Source: a virus
Lineage: Duplodnaviria; Caudoviricetes
Reading direction: 5' to 3' (one strand)
IMG/VR virus record: IMGVR_UViG_3300020045_000485
Location: 1-37,810 of that record
DNA length: 37,810 bases
Under the pieces are notes generated by a model that was not told where the DNA came from, did not search any database, and saw only the letters and a list, made by a program, of their open reading frames with translations. The translations under genes were made by a program, and so were the position numbers. Below are positions 1 through 6,910 of this stretch, piece by piece; positions within the stretch are counted from its first letter, which is position 1; the number at the start of each line of letters is the position of its first letter.

Positions 1-130
1 CTGGTGTAGCTGCGGGGGCTGCCGCTCTTGGTGCTGGTGTAGCTGCGGGGGCTGCCGCTCTTGGTGCTGGTGTAGCTGCGGGGGCTGCCGCTCTTGGTGC
101 TGGTGTAGCTGCGGGGGCTGCGGGGGCTGC
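1..130. repeat. 33-bp tandem repeat (ctggtgtagctgcgggggctgccgctcttggtg), 3 full copies plus a partial copy, coding APRAAAPAATP on the minus strand
   Basis: Direct reading: units start at 1, 34, 67 and 100, followed by an extra gggggctgc. Confidence 0.97.
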
Positions 131-268
131 CTTAGCCTTCGGCGCTTCGGCTTCGTCTTGTACGACTTCCATTTTAGCCGCCTTTGCGGTGTTCCCATTT
201 AAAAATCCTGCGAAAAGTGCTTTTACGCTTTCGCCCGCTTCGATAGTAACTTTAACATTTACTTCCAT
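1..268 (-). CDS. N-terminal part of an RRP5-like phage replication-module protein (continues across the junction into 37689..37430; about 175 aa in total)
   Basis: ATG at 268 follows an AT-rich leader. It translates as MEVNVKVTIEAGESVKALFAGFLNGNTAKAAKMEVVQDEAEAPKAKAAPAAPAATPAPR..., is open to base 1 and is in frame with the 37430 ORF once the 121-bp overlap is removed (528 nt). Missing from the ORF track. Confidence 0.85.
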   Translation of the reverse strand, partial: MEVNVKVTIEAGESVKALFAGFLNGNTAKAAKMEVVQDEAEAPKAKAAPAAPAATPAPRAAAPAATPAPRAAAPAATPAPRAAAPAATP

Positions 269-322
269 AATAAATTTAATTTAGTCTTTGCCTACTCTAA
301 ATCGGTTTTCGGCTTACCCCGT

Positions 323-538
323 TTATCGTTGTGCGCTTTCTGCGTCCGCCACCCTTTCAATGGTAACATGTTCGGCGACTTCTTTAATTGTTGAGGTAAA
401 GCGTTTGTCGCTCGCCATTTGTAAACGGGTGCGGCAGTTAACGACATAGTCGTAACGCTCCATCGGCCATGATAACTTTTCGCCTATGGTCATGGCGTTC
501 ATTTGCGCCCTTACTGGTTGTTCGATTTTAGCTTTCAT
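323..538 (-). CDS. Small early protein, putative DNA-binding regulator
   Basis: 71 aa, first gene after a host-type promoter. The helix-strand pattern (QMNAMTIGEKLSWP...RFTS...VTIER) resembles small winged-helix-like phage proteins. Function is inferred. Confidence 0.6.
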   Translation of the reverse strand: MKAKIEQPVRAQMNAMTIGEKLSWPMERYDYVVNCRTRLQMASDKRFTSTIKEVAEHVTIERVADAESAQR

Positions 539-597
539 TATTGTTTGTTTGATTGGTTGAACCCTGCAAAGATAAATAAAAAAACCGAACGCGCAAA
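539..597 (-). promoter_or_regulatory. Bacteroidota sigma70-type early promoter (TTTG-N19-TATCTTTG) with GGTT(CAAH)n leader
   Basis: On the minus strand TTTG lies at 597-594 and TATCTTTG at 574-567, a 19-nt spacer. This matches the established Bacteroides/Flavobacterium -33/-7 consensus. Confidence 0.85.
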
Positions 598-606
598 CGT
601 TCGGCT
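578..606 (-). terminator. Intrinsic terminator ending the tail operon, overlapping the early promoter
   Basis: ccgaacg-N6-cgttcgg stem followed on the minus strand by a T-run. Confidence 0.8.
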
Positions 607-628
607 ATTTATTTTAAAATTAATTTAA

Positions 629-2563
629 TTATACGTAAGTTTCGGGGTCTTCGGTTAGCCCCATTTGGTATAAAAAACGGTTCGCGATAAGCCTAAAGCC
701 TTCGTCGCTCGGGTGCGATGCTACCCCGCCATTGCTTACTATCTCATATAACCCCGAGTACGTTAACGTCGTGGACGCTAGCGAATAGCTCGTTACGTCC
801 AGCGTCGAGGCGTACGGGTTGCCGTCGACGGTAAAGTTAACGGTTATGTTTGTCGAAGTGTTCGCCACTACCGACGTAACGTTTAAAAGGGTGCGCGTAT
901 CTGTGCCTTTTTTCGTAATTGCGCCAATAAAGCTACGCGTCGCGTCGCTTATTAAATCCGCGAAGGTTATAAATTTCGACCCCGTGGCCTTGCACGAATT
1001 TATAATAGTGTTGTATCTGTCCGTATCTCCATACCACATTCCCATCCAAACGACGCGCGCGTTAGGGCATTGCTCTCTAATGGCTTGCAAAGCCCTAAGA
1101 CACCCACCCCCGTTAAAAATTGCGTTTTTCTCAGGCGTGTTTACGTTGTCGCCTAACTGGACAGATACTAGGGTTTCGTCCCCTTCAAGAACTGCGACCA
1201 TTGCCGCGATTGCCGCGACTAGTTCGCCCTCAGTCGTTGCGCCTTCTAAAAGCGGCGCGCCTTCTTTAGAGTACGCGTAAGTCGGGTTAAGCGCGGTTAT
1301 AAAGGTGTTGACTCTATTATAATAATCGAACTGCGCTTCACTCGCGGCCATACCGTAGCCGAACCCGCCTATTAACGAGTTTCCGAAAAAAGTAGCTTTT
1401 GTGGGTATTACTGGCGTCGAGGTTATGGCGCCTGTGTTATCTATCGAAAGTACGTATTTATCGCCGTTCGGTGCAACTAGAAAAGTCTCGCCGTTTAGCT
1501 GGCCTTTAATGTCCGAGAAGGTGGCGTCGGTGGCTTCGAATAATTCCTTGGCATTGTCGCCGCCAATATTTACCCCGATAAACGCCCCGTCGTATTCGAC
1601 AACACGGAACCCTGTAATTTTCACGTCTACACTTTCCCCTGCGCCGTAACCCTCGTTATTTAACCACACGTAAAAATTAGTATAACCTTGATATACCTCG
1701 AAGTATGCGGGGTCGAACGTAATATCGAACGTGCCGTCGTCTCGCAAGGGCGCGCCGACTGGGATATACAATCCCCCGACGCTAGGTTCTTGCGCGACTA
1801 AAAACTGTATCCCGTTAGTAGTTCCTACTTTGGTAAATTCGGCAGTCCCGCGTATGTGGACAAGGTTAGGGCCTAAAGGCACGAATAGCGGCGACACCGC
1901 CCAGTTATTCCCGCCGCCTATGTGCTGGAAGACGAAGAAGTCTTCTTCGACATTACGTTCGATAATCGCTACAACGTTACCCAGCCCCATATTTTCGACA
2001 TTTGCGTAAATCGCGGGCGCGCCGTTTATAACGTTCTCTAAAGTAGTCCCCTCTTCCAAGGTATTAACGCGCGCTTCTAAGTCCGACAAAGGCAAAAAGT
2101 CGCTATACTCTTCGAAAGCGTAAACGCTGCCAATACATACCGCTTTAGTGTCTGCAAAACCTGCGGTTACTGGGTTCTCGTATACGAAACATACGAAACC
2201 GTCGCCCGCTACATACGTGTAAGTATTTGAGTTTTGCCCGTTTCGTAACCAAACTTTATTTTTATCGAAAACGGCGTAACTAGAAAGCCCATGCGCGGAC
2301 AGCCCCGCCCCCGTAGTGATTAACCCCGCAGGGTTCGCGACTATGTACCCCGTCATACCGTACCCCGCAATGGTGGCGACGTCGGGGTTTTGCCCCGCGA
2401 AGTAGCATTTATCGTATTGAAAAGCGGCAGGGTCTAGCAAATTCCCCGAGTAGATTTTATCGAGTTTGCTTTCGCTCGCGAATTGTAAGTCGACGTCGTT
2501 GTTAAAAATTATGTCGGCGGCTTCGGCGCCTGTTTTACCGTCTGTTATTTTTTCTAGTGCCAT
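629..2563 (-). CDS. Tail fibre/spike with C-terminal SGNH/GDSL esterase domain
   Basis: SGNH blocks FFGNSL (catalytic Ser), QLGDN and ASHPSDEGFRLIA; fibre linker motif APNGDKYVLSIDNTG; last gene of the tail operon. Confidence 0.75.
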   Translation of the reverse strand: MALEKITDGKTGAEAADIIFNNDVDLQFASESKLDKIYSGNLLDPAAFQYDKCYFAGQNPDVATIAGYGMTGYIVANPAGLITTGAGLSAHGLSSYAVFDKNKVWLRNGQNSNTYTYVAGDGFVCFVYENPVTAGFADTKAVCIGSVYAFEEYSDFLPLSDLEARVNTLEEGTTLENVINGAPAIYANVENMGLGNVVAIIERNVEEDFFVFQHIGGGNNWAVSPLFVPLGPNLVHIRGTAEFTKVGTTNGIQFLVAQEPSVGGLYIPVGAPLRDDGTFDITFDPAYFEVYQGYTNFYVWLNNEGYGAGESVDVKITGFRVVEYDGAFIGVNIGGDNAKELFEATDATFSDIKGQLNGETFLVAPNGDKYVLSIDNTGAITSTPVIPTKATFFGNSLIGGFGYGMAASEAQFDYYNRVNTFITALNPTYAYSKEGAPLLEGATTEGELVAAIAAMVAVLEGDETLVSVQLGDNVNTPEKNAIFNGGGCLRALQAIREQCPNARVVWMGMWYGDTDRYNTIINSCKATGSKFITFADLISDATRSFIGAITKKGTDTRTLLNVTSVVANTSTNITVNFTVDGNPYASTLDVTSYSLASTTLTYSGLYEIVSNGGVASHPSDEGFRLIANRFLYQMGLTEDPETYV

Positions 2564-2581
2564 TTTTATATTTTTAAAGTA

Positions 2582-3154
2582 TTAATAATTCCAAACCCCG
2601 CCCGCGAACCAAAAGCCTAAGTCGTTCCAAAAGCCCGTGTCTAGTATCCATACGGTTATGTCGTTAACGTTTATTATATAAACGCGGGTTTCTTCCCCGC
2701 TGTCGTTATTTTGGAACACGACAAAGCCTTGGCCTTCGGTACCTGTGCGCGTCGCGGTTATGTAAAACGTCCCACCGTCGCCGCTGGTAATGTCGAAGGA
2801 CACGAACGCGTCAGGGCCTACGTAATGCCAAGACCCCGCGCTGTCGATACGTATTTCGGCGGTCGGGTTGTCAGGGTGTAAAACGATACGTATAGGGGAA
2901 GCGGTAATTAATCCCGTCGGGCAGTCTTCGGGCGCGTATTGCGTCGTCGGTTCGCCCGCCAGTATCCCGTCCGCCGTAAAGTACCCCATAACTTCGTATA
3001 AAGCTGGGTTCGGGTTTGCCGTGCCTTCTAGTAGCGCGATAGCTTGTTTAAGCCCCGACGTACTGGTTAGCACGCCGTTTATGTCCAGCGGTTCGCCTGT
3101 CTGCTTAGTTACTAAGTACGCGATAGTCGCTTGTTTATATCCTGTGTTTGCCAT
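2582..3154 (-). CDS. Minor tail protein with BACON/Ig-like domain and Trp-rich C-terminus
   Basis: ITASP...IDSAGSW...SGDG...T beta-sandwich pattern; C-terminal WILDTGFWNDLGFWFAGGVW; located in the tail operon. Confidence 0.6.
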   Translation of the reverse strand: MANTGYKQATIAYLVTKQTGEPLDINGVLTSTSGLKQAIALLEGTANPNPALYEVMGYFTADGILAGEPTTQYAPEDCPTGLITASPIRIVLHPDNPTAEIRIDSAGSWHYVGPDAFVSFDITSGDGGTFYITATRTGTEGQGFVVFQNNDSGEETRVYIINVNDITVWILDTGFWNDLGFWFAGGVWNY

Positions 3155-3157
3155 GTC

Positions 3158-3688
3158 TTAAGTAATTTCGCAGTAAGCGCCGTTTGTAAAGTCGATGTCG
3201 AAGTCCGCAGTAAATGGCGTAATAAGCGCGTCGGCCGTAACTTCAAAAAGCGGGTAAGTCGAAGCGCACGTTATCGTAATTAACGACCCCGTACTTTCGG
3301 CGGTTTGATTTGCAAAAGTTAGGGCGGCGCCCGCTTCGTAACCAAACGTAAAATACTGCCCGCTTTTCACTTGAAACACGGGAACGAACCTTCGTTTAGT
3401 CCCGAGGTGTAAATTAGCCTGTACGTAGGCGCTTAACTCGCTTACAAATGTCTCGAGCGTGTGCGCGTATATTTTGCCGCTTAGTCCGCTCGAGTACTTG
3501 GCCCCGTCGGGGGTTTGAATTTCCACGAAGTCCGCTTTACGAAGTACCGCAGTTACTAGGCAGTTGCTATATAGGTCGTCCCCGTCGAACTGGAAGCCCG
3601 CGAAGTCTTCAAAGTCTAAAAGTAAGATCCTTTCGAGACCTTCCAAATTATACCCGCAAGGGGGTTTTAGTTTTAATATTCTAGCCAT
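3158..3688 (-). CDS. Tail tube-like protein (paralog of 3764..4336)
   Basis: Shares C..Y...G, Y.HTL, F...V....G...G and TG..I motifs with the adjacent tube protein. Confidence 0.6.
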   Translation of the reverse strand: MARILKLKPPCGYNLEGLERILLLDFEDFAGFQFDGDDLYSNCLVTAVLRKADFVEIQTPDGAKYSSGLSGKIYAHTLETFVSELSAYVQANLHLGTKRRFVPVFQVKSGQYFTFGYEAGAALTFANQTAESTGSLITITCASTYPLFEVTADALITPFTADFDIDFTNGAYCEIT

Positions 3689-3703
3689 AATGTAAAGATA
3701 AAA
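3689..3703 (-). promoter_or_regulatory. Putative late promoter TATCTTTA-N4-ATG
   Basis: Minus strand reads tttTATCTTTAcattATG. The same motif lies before three other late operon heads. Confidence 0.6.
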
Positions 3704-3738
3704 AAAGGCGATACTATATAAAATAATACCGCCTTTTT
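3700..3738 (-). terminator. Intrinsic terminator after the major tail tube gene
   Basis: Minus-strand stem ggcggtatt/agtatcgcc (with G-U pairs) followed by a run of about 7 T. Confidence 0.75.
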
Positions 3739-3763
3739 GACTAACTAAAATTAATATGGAATC

Positions 3764-4336
3764 TTAAGGAATTACCACGGGCGCCACGTATCGAGGTGTA
3801 ACGACCGTTTCGTCCACTAATAATTTAGCGATTTCGGAAGAGGTACCCTGTAAAATTACAGTCCAACCCGTTGCGTCCGCTTCGGCGGCCCCGCTGTTGT
3901 AATCAAACCCGCCCGCTGGTGCGGATAGTCCGCCAGTACGTCCGAGAGCAACCACGCGGGCCGCGTTGTCTACTACAATCGCTAGGAACTTGCCGAGACT
4001 CAAAGCGTCCCCCTCGTTCAATACGTCGATGTCGAACTGGTTAAGTACTGCGTTAAGTGTGTGCTGGCGATATTTACCGCCGTTACCGCCCGCGAGTAAA
4101 GCGTCTACGAAAGACACGGTATTCGCCGCCCCTTCCAATTTATAGAAGACTTCGTCCACTGGTAACGTAATGTTACTAATGTAGCCGTCTTCGTCAAATT
4201 CGTACGCGATGTTACCCGCTACGGCTACCGCCCCCAATACTGGCGGGTAGTAGTTGGCTAGGTACGTAGTCCCCGCCCCCGCGATAGCATACGCGCAAAT
4301 TTTATTGTCTAATGACTTCGTTAATTTACAAGACAT
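3764..4336 (-). CDS. Major tail tube protein
   Basis: MSCKL...C....AG N-terminus, VFYKLE, HTLNAVL, IVVDN...ALG..GGL and SGAA..D.TGWTVILQG motifs typical of Bacteroidota siphovirus tube proteins; follows the capsid gene. Confidence 0.75.
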   Translation of the reverse strand: MSCKLTKSLDNKICAYAIAGAGTTYLANYYPPVLGAVAVAGNIAYEFDEDGYISNITLPVDEVFYKLEGAANTVSFVDALLAGGNGGKYRQHTLNAVLNQFDIDVLNEGDALSLGKFLAIVVDNAARVVALGRTGGLSAPAGGFDYNSGAAEADATGWTVILQGTSSEIAKLLVDETVVTPRYVAPVVIP

Positions 4337-4361
4337 AAGTATATGGTATTAATGGTTAATA

Positions 4362-4381
4362 GCGCGGGCCGAAACCCGCGC
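4362..4381 (-). other. GC-rich UUCG hairpin between capsid and tail tube genes (mRNA stability element or weak terminator)
   Basis: Minus strand gcgcgggt-TTCG-gcccgcgc with no U-tract. Confidence 0.65.
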
Positions 4382-4388
4382 ATTTTAA

Positions 4389-5672
4389 TTACTCAGTAAT
4401 GGTAATAACTTCTTCGCTATGCGTGTCTAAAGTTATTACGCCGCTGCGGTCGGTGTCCGCAATCTTAACGACAACTTGCCCGACTTTAGGGTTAAAGTTC
4501 CCCGTGTTATTGGTGGAAGTAATTGTTAAGGTCGTAACTCCTAGAGTCGTAACGCCAGCCGCTACGGTGTAGCCGTTAGGGTTCGCGCTTAACTCGATAG
4601 TCGCGGCGGTGTCTTTGGTTATAACGGTAGCCGTTTTAACTTCGCCCACTGCGGTAAACACTAACGAATTAGGGATTAACTTAAGGTCGTCGTTACTCTC
4701 GCCGCTTGTTTGCGCTTCGGTAACCAAAGGCGAAATAATAATCGCTTCGTCTTCGAACGGGATAACGAACCCAAGACGAAGGCGCCCTTTAATAAACACT
4801 TTGTCGTCGTTCGGTTTCGGGAAGTTCCCTAGTTCGATACCGTCTAAGTCGCTCAAAAGGTCGGTTAATAAATACGCGTTCATACCGTCCAAAATAGCGA
4901 TGTCGTTAACGCCGATACCTTTCACGGGTACGATTTCCATACCTAAGTAAAAAAGTTTCGGGTTTTTCTTGTCGGTGTCGTCTACTGTCCAGTTTTGCGC
5001 GACTGTTTGGTTACCTACGGCAGCCAAGGCGTTGCGGATTTTACGACGTGTCGAGTAATGCACGAACGCGTAAAGCGTCCCCGCGTCTTCGCTTTGTAAA
5101 ACGTCTTCCAGTACCAAGTCGTAACCGCCTTCGATTGTTGCCAATACGTTAGCTTTTGTAAGGACAGGCCCCACAACTTTAGCGGCTTCGTCAGAATCCA
5201 AAAGGGTTTTAATCATACCCGCGAACTGGTTAGGGTCTTCGTCAGGGTCGCCCCCGATAACCATTTCTTCGATTTCATTCGACAAACCTATGGCGATAAG
5301 CGCCAAGGTTGCCGCTTCTAGGTCTGCGGGTAGACTGTCATTTGTCGCGCCTTCGCTCATTTGGTACAAAGTACGTTTGTTTTCCAAAGTATCGATACAC
5401 TCTTCTAAGTTTATTTTGTAAGTTGTAACACTTGCTTTTTTCTCAGATAGTTTTATGATTTGGTTTGGCGTCCAAGCGCAGTCCTTACCGTCTATTTGTA
5501 AAATCTTGTTTTCCAAGTCGATTTGGCTCAAAAGTTCGTCGCCTTTGATGCCTGTCAATACGCGGATATATCCGCCCTCAACTAAACGACCGCCGAACAT
5601 TGCGCGCGTAAACCACTCAGGGTTTTCCTTGCTGGTGTACGATAAGCCGTTAATGTTATACATATTTGCCAT
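4389..5672 (-). CDS. Major capsid protein with C-terminal BACON/Ig-like extension
   Basis: Lies directly after the protease/scaffold gene. The roughly 315-aa core (GIKG, C.WTP, LSEK, KINLEEC, YLGMEIVPVKGI, LLTDLLSD) is typical of Bacteroidota phage capsids, followed by a roughly 100-aa Thr/Val-rich beta domain. Confidence 0.85.
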   Translation of the reverse strand: MANMYNINGLSYTSKENPEWFTRAMFGGRLVEGGYIRVLTGIKGDELLSQIDLENKILQIDGKDCAWTPNQIIKLSEKKASVTTYKINLEECIDTLENKRTLYQMSEGATNDSLPADLEAATLALIAIGLSNEIEEMVIGGDPDEDPNQFAGMIKTLLDSDEAAKVVGPVLTKANVLATIEGGYDLVLEDVLQSEDAGTLYAFVHYSTRRKIRNALAAVGNQTVAQNWTVDDTDKKNPKLFYLGMEIVPVKGIGVNDIAILDGMNAYLLTDLLSDLDGIELGNFPKPNDDKVFIKGRLRLGFVIPFEDEAIIISPLVTEAQTSGESNDDLKLIPNSLVFTAVGEVKTATVITKDTAATIELSANPNGYTVAAGVTTLGVTTLTITSTNNTGNFNPKVGQVVVKIADTDRSGVITLDTHSEEVITITE

Positions 5673-5703
5673 AATGCAGTTTTTATTTAAAATGGTTTAT
5701 AAA

Positions 5704-6879
5704 TTATTTGCCTTCTTGTCTTTCGCGTCTCGCTTGGATAACTGCCGCCATTTTTTGCGCGGTTGTCATTTTGGACGGGTCGGTCTCGGGTGCTGCTGTC
5801 CCCGTAACTTTCTGTTTGGCCTTTTCGGTACTCGGCGCGGCTTTTAACTTCGCGATTTGCGCTTGTAAAGCGGCAATCTTAGCGGCGTTAGGGTCTTTTG
5901 CAACCGTCTTTTGTGCAGCTAAGTACGTCTTAGCCTTTTCTTTCGCTTCGGCTCTTTGCGCAGCTAAAGCGGCAGGGGCGGCGGCAGGGTCTACGGCGTC
6001 GGCTTCTTCGGTAGTAACTACCATTAAGCCCGCGTCGTCGATTACTAGGATATTCCCGTCGTCCAAGGGGTGGTCGCCCGCTGGCATTTGCTCGCCGTCT
6101 AGCGTTGCGAACCCGTCGGCGTCGACGTCAACTTCGGAACCGTCGGCCAAAGTGAAAATTAAAAAAGGCGTGCCGCTGTTTGTTTCGTCTGCGGCCGCAA
6201 CGTCGGCGACTGCGTCGGCTTCGGCTACCGTGTCGCCTTCTAACATGGCGGTAACGGATTTTAAAAACGAGACAACCGCGCTAGGTTTTTTTAACGCGGC
6301 AGCCGTTTTGGCTGGTGTCATTTGTGGTTTACTCATTTTAACATTTTTATAATTAAACAATCCTTCTAAAGAGAAGCCTTTAACATTGCCCGTAACGATT
6401 TCGTCGCGCCAGTACTTAGCGTCGCCAATCTTGTAAGACGCGCAAAGCGTGCCTTTAGGCTGTTCGCCAAGACCAAGGGCGACGGACTTGTCGCGTTTCG
6501 GGTCTTCCACTATCCATACTTCGGTCAAGTAATTGCCTTTAAGTTTGTCTTCGTGTTGGTGGGTGGTATTGCGCAGGGCTACGCCTGTACGCATCATTTT
6601 TTGAGATATACGTTCGATGTCTTCCGCGGTGTATCTTAAGTAATACTCGCCGAAGTCGTCGTCGTTGCGGTAAATTAACTGGTTAGGCTTAAGCACAACC
6701 CCCGTTAATATTTGCTTTGCCGCGTTTTTTACTAACATAACCTTAACGGCGTTAGCGCGAAGGGCGACGAACATTTCTTCCACGGCGGGAACTTCGACAA
6801 AAGACATGGCAAAAATGCCCGTTTCGCCGAGGTCGCTAATTTTAGCGTCGTAAATTGGTAATTTTGGTTTTCTGTCCAT
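5704..6879 (-). CDS. Prohead serine protease (XkdF-like) fused to scaffold domain
   Basis: AMSFVEVPAVE, GVVLKPNQLIYR, THQH, EVWIVED, GTL, VKGFSLEG motifs, then an Ala/Lys-rich scaffold. Start reassigned to ATG 6879 (MDRKPK), directly after the late motif. Confidence 0.85.
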   Translation of the reverse strand: MDRKPKLPIYDAKISDLGETGIFAMSFVEVPAVEEMFVALRANAVKVMLVKNAAKQILTGVVLKPNQLIYRNDDDFGEYYLRYTAEDIERISQKMMRTGVALRNTTHQHEDKLKGNYLTEVWIVEDPKRDKSVALGLGEQPKGTLCASYKIGDAKYWRDEIVTGNVKGFSLEGLFNYKNVKMSKPQMTPAKTAAALKKPSAVVSFLKSVTAMLEGDTVAEADAVADVAAADETNSGTPFLIFTLADGSEVDVDADGFATLDGEQMPAGDHPLDDGNILVIDDAGLMVVTTEEADAVDPAAAPAALAAQRAEAKEKAKTYLAAQKTVAKDPNAAKIAALQAQIAKLKAAPSTEKAKQKVTGTAAPETDPSKMTTAQKMAAVIQARRERQEGK

Positions 6880-6895
6880 AGTTGTAAAGATAAAA
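6880..6895 (-). promoter_or_regulatory. Putative late promoter TATCTTTA-N5-ATG
   Basis: Minus strand reads tttTATCTTTAcaactATG. Confidence 0.6.
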
Positions 6896-6910
6896 TTAAA
6901 TTTTTGCGAC

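Noticed and set aside
1-130. 33-bp repeats as a CRISPR array
   Set aside because: The units are head-to-tail with no spacers, the length is a multiple of 3, and they lie in frame within a CDS.
629-2563. Diversity-generating retroelement or invertible tail-fibre cassette
   Set aside because: I saw no reverse transcriptase, invertase or duplicated template region.
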